Assembly: GCA_977030845.1 (NCBI GenBank)
Contig: OZ365111.1
Coordinates: forward strand, 44,702,001 to 44,766,000
Origin: Fimbriosthenelais zetlandica
Taxonomy: Eukaryota
DNA length: 64,000 nucleotides
Reading direction: 5' to 3'
The notes below the pieces were generated by a model. It did not search any database. It had not been told where the DNA came from and was given only the letters and a program-made list of their open reading frames with translations. Below, in pieces: positions 25,029 to 36,914 of the stretch (the first letter of the stretch is position 1; every line of letters begins with the position of its first letter). The translations under genes and the position numbers were made by a program.

Positions 25029-26227
25029 CTAAGTGGTCAAAGAAAGTGGAGCTGTGCGTACACTGGTTCTAATTGATTCAGATGAGTGTTTCTGCTGAAG
25101 ATCAGCTATTGTTCTTCCCTGTGAGTCCTGAATATCTTGATCGGCTCCACGGTCGATCAATAAACTGGCCACCTCCCTGTTATTGACCGTCACTGCCCTC
25201 ATCAGGGGCGTCAATCCGTAAATATCCTGCATGTCAATGTCGGCGCCACGGTCTAGTAACAAATTGACAATATGGCGAAGGTCTCTTTTGCTCCCACATA
25301 GTGAATTTAAGGCACTTCTCCCCACAGTGTTTTTCATAGATAAGACACAGCCATAATCCAATAACATATTACAGATTGCCTTATCGTTTTCATGGCCAGA
25401 TTGAGTTGCTATATGGAGAGCAGTCCCTTGTAGAAAGCCCACGAGGCTGTTAGGATTGGCTCCTGTGTCAAGCAAGATTTTGACGCAATCTAAATTTCCT
25501 GAAGCGCATGCGATGAATAGAGGCGACAGGCGACTTTTAGCCCAGCGATTTGCATTGGCTCCTGCCGCAAGTAAAATTTTTACTAAGTCCGGGCGGTTGT
25601 TTTTTGCTGCCGTGTATAATGGTGTCATACCTGTGGTATCGTCAGCGTAGACATCTGAGCGATATCCCAACTGCAAATATGTAAAACAAATCTTGAAACA
25701 ATTGAAAAATGAATTTCTTCCCCTCTTCTAAAGCTATTTTATTGTACAGTACAGTAGAATATATAGATAGGTTAGCCATGCAATGCATTGCACTTTTCTT
25801 TTGGAACGATCCCCAAATACTAAACTGTTGAGCCTGGCTTTCAGCGCTTTCCGCTCCACAATTAGAGTAATTCTCTTTAGGGCTTAAAGTATATGTAAAA
25901 GATAATATTTTATCATTATATGCTGCCAATGAGTGCTGCAATGATGCTTATTTCACAACTTACCCTGATCATTATTTTCAGTGTTTCCACAGATAATTTG
26001 TTCTGACATGCTCTTTGAACAGCAACAAGGATAGGCGGTTCTTGCTGCGGTCCTAAAGTGACATCATTTTCCTGTGGTTGGTGGTCTTTTAATTTTGCTG
26101 AAAGGATAGTGATTTGGTTAATATCTTCTTCCATGATACTTTTCAACAGTTTTGTTGACCATCGCAGGTTATCACACAAACCGAAATCCACCAAAACGTG
26201 CTGACCCGACGAATTCTGAGCACCCAT
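25029..26227 (-). CDS. Ankyrin-repeat protein, ~301 aa, 2 coding exons (26227-25964, 25670-25029)
   Basis: Five ankyrin-type repeats (TPLYTAAKNN, SPLFIACASG, TALHIATQSG, SALNSLCGSK, TPLMRAVTVN). Phase-0 intron AGG|GTAAGT ... TTTGCAG|TTG joins 88 + 213 codons in frame. Acceptor TTCTGCAG two nt before the ATG; strong upstream donor CAG|GTAAGG at 26568 suggests a non-coding first exon. Confidence 0.8.
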
Positions 26228-27651
26228 TTCTGCAGAAAAATTAGAGTAGGATTTACATATACATGTAGTATGAATATATCAATTCAGTTTAAAATTTAAT
26301 GCACGGTTAAAATAAGTCAAAAATTTATTTTTTCTATAGAACATTAACGAATATTTTCATTTTAGATTCTGTAACGCAATCAAATAAGAAATATTAGTTT
26401 GATAAAGACATAACTAGGAGGCTTTTACTTTGTAATAATGCCAAGTGAACATACTTTAATATTATTTTCTTTATAAAATTAGCAGTTAAATTATATTCAG
26501 CCCATTTTTAGTGTTTACTTCTATCAGAACTTTACTAGTGTAAATTAAGTATCAAGGTCTGCCCTTACCTGCAAATTATTGCCCCGCAGAAATATTCGAT
26601 TATAATGGATTTTCTTATCTTAATTTCTTATCTCTCCTATTTTGTTTTGTCCGAGCGTTTCTGTAAAGAAATTAAGACCCCTCAAAAAGGATAGATTGTT
26701 TTCGTCCGTTACCTCCTTCCGACTGACTAGAGGCCATCTCGAGAGCGGTATATATGTATACACGCCCCTGCCGCCCTCGGTTCCTCGCTGGGATTTTCCC
26801 AAGTTTCGCACAAGTGCTGCCATGCTTCGGCGGCTAGAAGAAATTACGTCCCTGGTTAAAGTTGTGTTCGTAAACTCGTGACAGGTATAATTCTCAGGGA
26901 TTTCCTCATATCTGTGGTGGATTTTGATGGAATTTTGATGTCCTTTCGATGGCATTGATAAAAAATTATTCGAGAGTAAGAAAAAGGTATCATTTTTAAT
27001 TATTTGTATTTTCTTGTAACCATTTATAAAAGAGTGAAGGCGTAATTTAGTACATTTAGAAAAAAAATATATTCAACAATACAGAACAATGAAAAACTAA
27101 ATACAAGCCGGGGATTATTGAACGGGTGGAGTGGACCGATGAGTCTACGAATAAATTAAATCAGTTCGTCATAGGAAGAGGATCAGAGAAGAGAGCGTTG
27201 ATTCTTAAAAATCCAGTGATATCCGGGTATTTTTATGTGTTTCCTTTTCTGTTTGACTGTGCACTCCTTTGGGGAAGTGACGGTATTATCCGCCAGGGAA
27301 GAAAGTTGATGCACTCCACTGCCATGCTAATAGCTGCTCCCAAGGCGTCTGAAACCTTGGACTTCCCGGCCCTTAATGTAGAGGACCTATGCCATAAAGT
27401 TCTAAATAATTATAGGAAGGTGTTGTCATGACAACAATATATTAGACAAATTATTTTAAAATAAAAACAGACATGGCATCGACTAATAATAATAATCATA
27501 TGATAATTAAAGTTCTTAAAATTATTTTAGAATTTACAAACTGTTTTAGAATTTCTTTTCTTCACGAGCAAAAATGATTTGCGATGTATTTATAATATTA
27601 AGAATTAAGTTTTCTTTGGATCATGATTGTGGAATTCACCGGCATCAAGGA

Positions 27652-28065
27652 AAAGATTAAATGGAATTTCTGGTTACATAAATTGCACCAAAATTTATTA
27701 AACTCCCCAATTGTGGTTTCGATCATGTCAGGTATTGGTCTATCTGATTTAATTACAAGTAATCATATTACTTAGTGAGCTTGATGAATGTGTGGATCGT
27801 GTATGGGCATAATGTGGGACTGTAAGAAATTAAAGGTAATCTTGAATGCGGATGTTGTAATAGGGAAAGTTTTAACGATAAATTCTGTTTTTTAAATCCA
27901 CCACCGCCGTGAAGTATGTCAAAGATTAATGGAACTTCTGATTACATAAATGACACCAACATTTCTTACATTTCCCCTTGCAATTATGGTTTCGATCATG
28001 TCTTCTCTTGGTCTATTTGATGTGATTATTCATATTACTTAGTGAGCGCGATGGATGTGTGGATC
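27652..28065. repeat. Diverged direct duplication (~147-bp blocks, 269-bp period) in the ankyrin/PACRG intergenic region
   Basis: 27652-27798 and 27921-28065 share AAAGATTAA...TTACATAAAT...GGTTTCGATCATGTC...TTGGTCTAT...CATATTACTTAGTGAGC...GTGTGGATC. Confidence 0.7.
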
Positions 28066-28155
28066 ATATACGAACAGGAATTAATGTCGGATTATATCCT
28101 TCCACTTCCAGTTCCTCCCCCCATCCCTATACCTCCCTGTGTGAAGGCATGCATG

Positions 28156-28169
28156 GTTGCCAGGAAAAC
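28156..28169 (+). promoter_or_regulatory. Candidate RFX X-box upstream of PACRG
   Basis: GTTGCCAGGAAAAC; 11/14 match to the palindromic consensus GTTGCCATGGCAAC. Lies ~460 bp upstream of a probable 5' UTR donor AAG|GTGAGA at 28631. Confidence 0.35.
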
Positions 28170-29495
28170 AGATGCAAACACAACTCATCGCAACCGGAAT
28201 AAACTAGTCACCGGCCCATCAAATCAATAAATTATGGTGGTACGGGATGGATTTCATTGTATCCTAAACAGATGACGTACAATACAATCCACAAAAATTC
28301 ATTTCCTCGTCCATTTATTTTTATTTCGATTTTTTTGTACTTACATATAATACCTGAACCATAATTATTATGTAAATTTGATATTAATTCATAGCAAATA
28401 ATGAAGTCAATTAAAAACTGTGATGATACAAATGTGCATATTTGATATTCATCAATAAATTTTGATATTTTTCAATACATTTTTCACATAATATATAATT
28501 AGACGGTTCATTACAGGCCTACTATAGGACAACATCGTTTAGGGAGGCTGGCAAGACTATGCTTCAGGAAGAGGGAAGGGATCAGTCAGCTTCCCTAACA
28601 ACAGGTGGGTGCAGGGGATCAAGCATCAAGGTGAGACATCATTTTATCCTCTCCAAATCACTTTATAATTAACTTAAGTCTATATCACATCCCTATTATG
28701 GTACATAGGATTCTAAAAAGTTATTTTCCAGTAGAAACCAGAAATCACTGGAGCATGAAACAACATAGAAATTGAATTAAATGAGATTCCAGTTGAAGTG
28801 TATAGATCTATACGCATTTGAAATTTGTGGATTTTAATTTATTTCAATCACTCTCGCTTTAGATCTATTGGAATTCCCTTTCTCATTTCAGCTAGTGTTT
28901 AGTTACATTCTTGGATATTGCACATAGTATTTCAAACGACTTTTACAATGATAGCGAAAGGAAAGGCGTAATATAAAAGATAGTGTATAGACATATACGA
29001 GAGTCTGTAATCAATATTCTTCTACACATTAATCTGGGTCAGTAATTCTGTGCACCGATGAATAATTGATTCGAGACCAATATCCATATGACCCAACAGG
29101 TCTAGTCTTTCTGGAAGAACTAAATGCATAATTATCGTTTCAGTGCTATATTCGAGCTTAAGTTTCAATTAAAGGTCACTTAACATTTAGTATTCCTTCT
29201 ACCTTCTTATCATCACCATTTGGCGCAATTGTTTCTAATGGATTTTCATACAAACTATGAAAAGGTAATGGTACATCTTGAAGAATGTCATGAAAGGCTT
29301 TCTGAACTATTTATGTACGCCCTATATATTATTTATATATTATTTCTTAAAATCCAAATGTAGATTCTGTATCGCATGTATTCATTTTCTTCCGCATTTA
29401 TGAAACAGCTGCCCCCTCTGCTATTTGTGTGGTATCTTTTGTCATTGTAATTTGAATTTATTTAGAAGGGTGACGAGAAGGATTACTTCACTGCC

Positions 29496-32400
29496 ATGAG
29501 TCGTCAAACAAAGATCACAGAGAGAGTGGCTGAGTACGAAGTGAAAACCTTTGAGCCCAATCTTCGTACACATACGATTAAAACGCAAGGAGGTGGACTG
29601 ACATCTTCGTACGTCTATTAAAATAATTACCCCCTCGTCAATGACGAGGGTTTGCGAGGGTTAATAACAAAGAGCCCCTCGCCAATCGCATTGTATACAG
29701 TGCAGCTGAAGGCTTTTGACGAGGGGCTCTCCTTAATATTAAACCTCGCCAATCCTCGTTATTGAGGAGGTTGCTTGTACAACACCTAATTTGTAGAGCC
29801 GATAATTTGAAACCCAATGTTATTTTCACTCTAATAATACAGTACATAAGGAAATGTATAATGATATCATATTTAGATAATATTACAGTCGGAAAATCTG
29901 GGATCTGTAAAAGAAAGTTTTCTTCACTCATTACCATACCATACCATTAATGTGATATGACTCTATTTTAGAGGAGTCCCTAAGCACCGCGGTGGAAGTG
30001 ATTTGAACTTCAGAGTTCAAGGTGGAAGATTCGGTGGGAATATTGTCGGGTAGGTATAGGCCAACCTCAGTAGGCCTACTTGATCTATCCTTTCCTTAGA
30101 TAGGCCTATTAATTTTATAAACCTTAATAAGTTCCTGAAAAATCTAATAATAACGCCAATGTAGAAGATATTACAATAATACTCAAAATTATATAATATT
30201 TCAGTGCACTATATGAAACCTGATATGGAATTATACATTAATTTATAGGAGCAATACAACGGGACGCCCTGCATTCTCCAACAATGCTCCGAGAAGTGCT
30301 TCACAGGGGCAACGAGTAGATGAAAGTGGAGAGTAAGTCATTTTATTGAGAGAAAAATTAGTATACAATTTTTATACTTAATAGAAGTTGGAATACTTTT
30401 ATCCGTTGCTGTGTACATCAAAATATTTCCAGTAGAATGTCCGGATCCTGCTAAATTGTACATCCATATTCCACAGGAGAGGACGGATAGTCTCGGGGAA
30501 CAAGACAAAGAGAGGACAATGGGACGTTTCAGGATCGCTGGGTGCCTCGAAAGGTGGCAAAAAAGAACCAGTAATTATATAAAATCCTCCTCCGTTTCTT
30601 TAATTGAAATCTTTGCTCTCTGTATGGATCTGTTACATTTACTAATTGATTGAATGGGCTGGATCAGGGACGCACATAAAAATCCTTCCACAGATCATTA
30701 CCGTCATATGGTAACGTACGTCTGAGAAATTGTTGAAAATGGCCTTAAACAACCATACAATCAATCATTGGTGACAATACTCCTGTCTTTTCCATTAAGG
30801 ACGGCCCTCCACGCTCCTCTAAAGCAGGGCGTAACCGAGGCGTGACAACTTTCCAGATTTTCTATGACAACTCTGACATACCAGTTACACTCGAGAATGA
30901 TGTCCATGGTACCTCTCTTAAATGGCTTGATGGTGTGGTAGGCATTCCTTTAATACTTAATATATATTCAACACATAATTTCTCTTTATATTTCATCAAA
31001 TGGAAATGGTTTTTAAAAGTCACATTCCTGTGATTTTCCGTTATATTTGATCAAATAAAATGTTTTTGTATTTCAGTCTGATCCAAGTCATCTTGATTAC
31101 CACCACTACCTGCCATTGTTTTGTGATGGTCTGAGGGAAACCAAGCATCCCTATGATGTATTGGCTGAGGCTGGGGTGAAGGACCTATTGCGAGCTGCTC
31201 CAAACAAAGTCCTCAATGTGGTGCCCCAGCTCATCCTACCTATCAAAAGTAAACTATAATTATACTTATACCCTCTATCATATAATTATATAACTTTCAT
31301 AACATGTTTAAACTTCTTATTTTGTATGGAAATTTCTTGCGAAATCATGTAACCGTCCCTGAATTTCACAAAAACATATTGTTATTTATTCATATTGACT
31401 ACTAAGGAATGTTGATAGACCCGTTGAAGTATTATGGTGTAATATATTTTGAATTAAGATGCCTTGGAGACACATGACCGTCGCGTGATCTGTCGTACAC
31501 TGAGGGTCATCCAGCAGCTCATCCAGTGTGATATGGTGGGTGAAGCACTCGTCCCTTACTACAGACAAATCCTCCCCGTCCTCAACTTCTTCAAGGGTAA
31601 AAACAGTGAGTTTACATTGTCGTTTTTTACCTTCAAGGATAATGATGATTAATTTCTGCCACCCACAGAACTTATGGGATAATCCAGCAGGAAGAATATA
31701 TGAAATTCCGTGTGTTTCGGCAGCATGATTTCGTTCCAATGTTTCGCTTGACTCACCCGTGCACTTAACCCCAATTTCCCACTTCCACTATCATAGTTAT
31801 AAATCCCATTTAAAAAGTATATGGGATATCTATGCTCCTATGGCAATGATTTATAATATATATTCATATAAAAAACTGTTCCTAGTCACCCACAAACGGG
31901 ATTCATTTTATGAAAAATGTAGCCTTCATTCACCAACTTTGATAATTTGACAAATTTGTTCAGTGACCTTGTCTCCTTTAAATGTCCTATGCGGATATAG
32001 GTTAATAAGTCGTGTATCGTGACTTCAGACATAGTTTTAGCCTATATCTACTGTAATAAGATATTAGAAAGAATGGAATTTCCAAAACGTACACTTATGA
32101 ATTTTTTTTTTTTTTTATAAATCTATATTTATTCAGGAGGTGCTACAATTACAGTCAGTATAAACAATTAATATCGAGAACACTTGAGCAACTAGCCAGT
32201 TCGGGCCGAAGCCCGGTCTTCCTCTGGCTTCCTGATTAATTAAACAAAAAAACTGAAGCAGCACTCCTGGTCAGAAAATTTTAAAGGATACAGAGATCAA
32301 ATTTAAGTGAAAATCATAGATAAACATACAACTTATATATAGAGACATCAATAGCAAATGGAAAAAAAATGAAATTAGAAACAATGAGTGAAAATGAGAT

Positions 32401-32899
32401 GAAAATGATAAGGTAAGGGACTCATTATAATGGGAGAAGGAAGAAAAAGGGCACAGATGGCAGAGAGACAAAAAAAAAATAACAAATAACAACTGAGCAG
32501 CTGGTGGAAAATTGAAGTGTCATTCTTCACGCACGACGACGTCCATCGGCAAATTTCAATTATAGAATTTTTGTCTTTTTTTCCATCGGGAAGAGTGAAA
32601 GATTTCATAAGTTTAATAGTGCTCAATTTCCGGGTTAATTGTGGTGTTTTCCCAACGGAGGTAAACAAATTTACGGGTAATTTTATATTTACCGAAATAC
32701 CTAAGCCAATAATACACCTGCACCTCTTATGCTTTCAGAAAACCTGGGTGACCAAATTGACTACGGACAACAGAAGGGGGAGAACATAGGAGATTTGATT
32801 GACGACACTCTGAATATGCTGGAAACGTACGGAGGGCCGGATGCTTACATCAATATCAAATACATGATACCTACCTATGAATCATGTGTACTCAACTAA
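29496..32899 (+). CDS. PACRG: Parkin co-regulated gene protein (PACRG), divergent, ~274 aa. Exons 29496-29608, 30477-30570, 30800-30937, 31077-31248, 31459-31605, 32739-32899
   Basis: The spliced translation gives [68 protein letters not shown] and [23 protein letters not shown], hallmark PACRG segments. All introns are GT-AG and phase-consistent (2,0,0,1,1). The last four exons are secure; the first two rest on phase logic only. Confidence 0.88.
29633..29770. mobile_element. ~140-bp hairpin MITE in a PACRG intron
   Basis: Left CCTCGTCAATGACGAGGGTTTGCGAGGGTTAATA...GAGCCCCTCGCCAA vs right revcomp CCTCCTCAATAACGAGGATTGGCGAGGTTTAATA...GAGCCCCTCGTCAA. Confidence 0.65.
32191..32216 (-). mobile_element. 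Helitron-type 3' terminus in the last PACRG intron
   Basis: Minus strand reads CCGGGC-TTCG-GCCCG-AACTGG-CTAG|T: GC-rich hairpin, short spacer, CTAG end before a T. The 5' end was not located. Confidence 0.5.
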
Positions 32900-33795
32900 T
32901 TCACTCTTAGATACCTTATGACCTGTGATATGCAATAAGAATGTAGGCCTACTGGTTGATGTGATCACTTTGACGTTTGGCATAGGCCTTAGTTTCCTAC
33001 AGCCTACTTACATCATTTATCACCCGATCACTTAATGCCAGTGAAAATAAAAGCAGATGTAGGTTTATTATCTTATTTCAGTTTAGATAAAGCGCCTTTA
33101 GACTTAGGCCTATTTTAAAAATCATAATACATGTAGCCTATATAACTAGTAGAGAAGTCTACATCACCGTATGCCTACCGGTACTTTAATTTGTAGGCCT
33201 ATATCCGGGCATGCATCCAATGTTGATAATATTATGTCAATTATAACTCTAACAGCGTGATAGGCTTAGACTTTGCAGTATTTAAAGCCATTTTAATTTC
33301 TAAATCTTTATCCTTTTCAATTCTCACTGTTGAGTCTTGAAACAGCTGATTCTATCGATTCCCAATGATGGCCTATTAATAAGCCAATATATGAATAACG
33401 TTGAATAAAAATCGGTCTGGTTTGCTGTGTTTTCGAAAGAAAAATATGTTCTTGAAAGTACATTAATCCGCCTTTTATTTTGGTTTCGGGCGTAGGGCTA
33501 CCGGTATGTGTGTAAGCACTCTTTGGCTTTGCCGGTAGGGCCTAGGCCTAGGCCTACCCCGGTAGGCCTATCGCTTTGATGATAGGCTATCACGTTGGCA
33601 CTCATCCACGGATTCTGAAATCTTTCTTATGCTATCTACTACTGTGATAATTGGTCACAGTAGGCCTAGTAAAATAAGTAGGCATAATTTACCTTAGTTA
33701 ATATTAGTGGGGCCTACTCATAGACGGTATGGCGGGAGAATTCCTCGGTACACTGCTGCTTTCTAGTGGAACTGATGTACATCAATTTGTGAAGC

Positions 33796-33810
33796 CACTT
33801 CCGCTTCCGG
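33796..33810 (-). promoter_or_regulatory. Tandem ETS/GABP motif in the CCDC32 promoter
   Basis: CACTTCCGCTTCCGG (CCGGAAGCGGAAGTG on minus), 33 nt upstream of the likely start ATG at 33843. Confidence 0.5.
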
Positions 33811-33842
33811 GAATCTTGATTTCAACTTCTGGAACTTGCGGA

Positions 33843-34848
33843 ATGGATGCAGTCATAAATACCCATGTTACAAACGATCCATGGCTACCTCAGTCTCCTG
33901 ATGGGAAGCCAGGCGAGGGGTCAATCCATGGCTTTGATATGCCAGCATTCGATCCTCTCGATTCGGAGAAATATCTTGGTAGTTTGGGTAAGTTATCAAC
34001 AATGAGCGATAATAGGGGTATACACGATTGTAGTGGGCGGGACTCTCGTACTCCATGCCAGTCATACTCATAAAATGGTGCCAGTGGCAGTGGTCTATCC
34101 AATTACATATTTTGCGATATAAAATCCATACATACTAAATAGGCCTACCGTTTACGTTGCATTTTGACCAATTTAAATTACATGTAATGTCATGAATTAC
34201 AGGATTTGTTCCTTAGACTAATAGTAATAATACATAGTAATAATATTACGACTAACGCGACAGTCAAATACTTCAAGTAGGCCTATAAATACTGGAAGTA
34301 TTTCCCATTAATTATTTTATTATTACCGGTACTATATATTTATATATAGGTCTAAATATGCTATGTAGATCCTATTATTAATCATAGACTTTTTACTCAC
34401 AGAATCTCGATTGAATAGACTCAAAGGGAAGACCAGGGATCCCACAGCAAAGGACATGCTCAAATCCCTGGGTCAAATGAAAGACAGTCAGCTGAAAGTG
34501 ATGATTGATGACTCGGGATCACCGTATGTCAGTACGCACGAGCCCGATGAACTGCTACCTCAAGAACACCCAGCTATTGCTGCACTACAACGGAGGATCC
34601 AACCACAAAAACAGGCACTGACTGTGGGTGAACTGAAACGCTTGGTTGAGAATGATGACCTGGCAAAACTAGCCCAGACATTGCTGAGTGAATCTGATGG
34701 AGCTACAGCCGGTGATAGTCAAAATGCTTCAGTCAGTGATAGTCAAAATAAAGCAGCAACCAGTGGAACTAGTGGCGTCCACGACTCAGACAAAGACATA
34801 GATGAAAGTTCCCATCAGGAACCCAGTCCTACTGATACCGGTAGTTAG
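33843..34848 (+). CDS. CCDC32: Coiled-coil domain-containing protein 32, ~196 aa; exons 33843-33987 and 34403-34848
   Basis: The phase-1 intron TTG G|GTAAGT ... CTCACAG|AA gives FDPLDSEKYLGSLESRLNRLKGKTRDPTAKDMLKSLGQMK, matching the remembered CCDC32 core PLQDSEVYLASLEKKLRRIKG...TSKDMLRTLAQAK. LQRRIQPQKQALTVGEL matches FKRWLQPDKVAVSTEEV. An alternative in-frame ATG exists at 33729. Confidence 0.85.
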
Positions 34849-36057
34849 TCCAAACAGTGTTCTTTGGTTAGTCTATAGTGTACCGTAATAAAATGACTTT
34901 AGTGAATGTACGGTAGTGAATTTAATATTTGTCATGTAGTTTAGGTACCATAAAGTACCTATATGCTGTACGTTATATTTTATTTGGCTGAATTATTTAT
35001 ACAGCATCACAAGTAGCCTACGTTATATGCCTTGTAATGTGGGTAGAATTTATTTTTTTTCTCGGAGAACATATATAGGTAGGCCTATAGATGGGTCTAG
35101 GCCTGGCCTATAACTAAATCAACTGCACATTTTTGTGACCTTGCATTGTTTGTACTAAGTTACACGCAAGCGTACAGGTAGTTGCCTACGTATCATATTA
35201 TATAATTTATTTCCATTTTGTAAATATAATGTAGGCCTAGGTCCCTGTATTGTCATGAATTGTATACCCGGTAGTTGCATAGTAGGTTGTAATAGTACAG
35301 GTACCTGGTAAATATTGTTTTTGTATTGTAGGCCATCTATATAAGCCTACCTTCTTTTTTGTAGTACCGGTATACAATGTAGGCCCAGGCCTTACATTAC
35401 AGTAATTATTTCATTTCTCTTCTTCTTATTATTGTTGTAGTTAGACAAATTTTAAATCGGCTTAAAATCGACTTTCTAATAGAGACAGGAATCTGGTTTT
35501 TGGTACACAGGTAGAGCATGGTCAGAAGATGTCAAATGTGGCAGGATTGACTTTCATGTCATGTCATGTCATGTCATAAAATGACGTCAAACTTGCATAA
35601 CTGGAAAAATGTATTGGCTGTTTTTTTCAGAAATATTGCCAACCAAAAATCATGTCACTGGTATCAGGTAACATGTACTTGATGCCCTATCATTTGGTAC
35701 CATCATTTGACCTGTGGCCTAATTACTGTCTGTTAATTAGCTAATTAACATGAAATGCAATCACTTAAATGCTATCTACTCCTAGCCTGGTTATTCCAGG
35801 TGAATGAAAAGTTGCATTATGGACCCTTTAGAGGCTTCTTGTCATCATGATTAGTTTGATTTTTTAATTGACGTCATAATGACGTCATAATTGACGTCTT
35901 AACGACGTCATGGCATCTTTGGGTAAAAAATGGAAAAAATGCTTCAAACATGTGAGGGTTGGTCATATATGTCCAAATATAAAATATTGTGACAATCCAT
36001 ATTTTAATAAGGGTGTTAATTAAAAAAAAAAAAAATTTCAATATGGGAAAAAACAAA

Positions 36058-36138
36058 GCCAGCAGCAGGATTCGAACCCACACTTGCAACCACCATTGGA
36101 TCACAAGACCAACAGCTTATCCATTGGGCCATGGAGAC
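36058..36138 (-). pseudogene. tRNA-derived (class II, Leu/Ser-like) Pol III cassette, copy 1
   Basis: A box TGGCCCAATGG, anticodon arm TTGGT-CTTGTGA-TCCAA, B box GGTTCGAATCC, T-run terminator. Acceptor and T stems are imperfect, so not a canonical tRNA. Confidence 0.6.
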
Positions 36139-36818
36139 GGCATGGCTTGTAGCCCAGTACCAATTGATCTGTATGTGATGCATGAGTAGTAAGTCAGGGG
36201 TGGTTTGGCTCATGATATAGATTGTGAACTTTGACAGTCATTCAATGATTTGTGACTCCTATAAATTAATGGGAGTTGGGAAAGTTGGGGAAAATAAATC
36301 CTTAGATCTGGCTTGGACATTATTGGCCATAAATATCACAGATTACCATGGTTACTATTTTCAATTGGCTTAAAATCGACTTTCTACTAGAGACAGGATT
36401 CTGGTTTTGGGTACACAGGTAAGGCATGGTCAGAAGAGGTCAAATGTGGGAGGTTTGACTTTCATATCATGTCATGTCATGTCATAAAATGATGTAAAAT
36501 CAGGCATAACTGGGCAAATGTATTGGCCGTTTTTTCATAAATCTGGCCTACGAAAAATCATGTCACTGGTTATTCCAGGTGAATGGCAAGTTGCATTATG
36601 GACCCTTTAGAGGCTTCTTGTCATCATGATTTTTTAATTGACGTCATAATGACATCTTAATGACGTCATGGCATCTTTTGGTAAAAAGTGGATAAAAATG
36701 CTTCAAACATGTGAGGGATGGTCAGATAAGTCCAAATATAAAATATTGTGAAAATCCATATTTTATTAAGGGTGTTCATTAAAAATAAATTTAAAAAAAA
36801 AATATGGGAAAAAAACAA

Positions 36819-36893
36819 GCCAACAGCAGGATTCGAACCCACACTTGCAACCACCATTGGATCTCAAGACCAAGTCATTATACCTCTAGGCTA
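36819..36893 (-). pseudogene. tRNA-derived cassette, copy 2 (left arm of palindrome 1)
   Basis: A-box-like TAGCCTAGAGG, arm TTGGT-CTTGAGA-TCCAA, B box GGTTCGAATCC, T run. Confidence 0.55.
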
Positions 36894-36914
36894 CAAGCCA
36901 TGCTTGTTTGTGGA

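Noticed and set aside
33729-33842. Upstream in-frame ATG extending CCDC32 by 38 aa
   Set aside because: The segment contains promoter-type tandem ETS motifs, and CCDC32 similarity begins after ATG 33843. Not excluded, but disfavoured.
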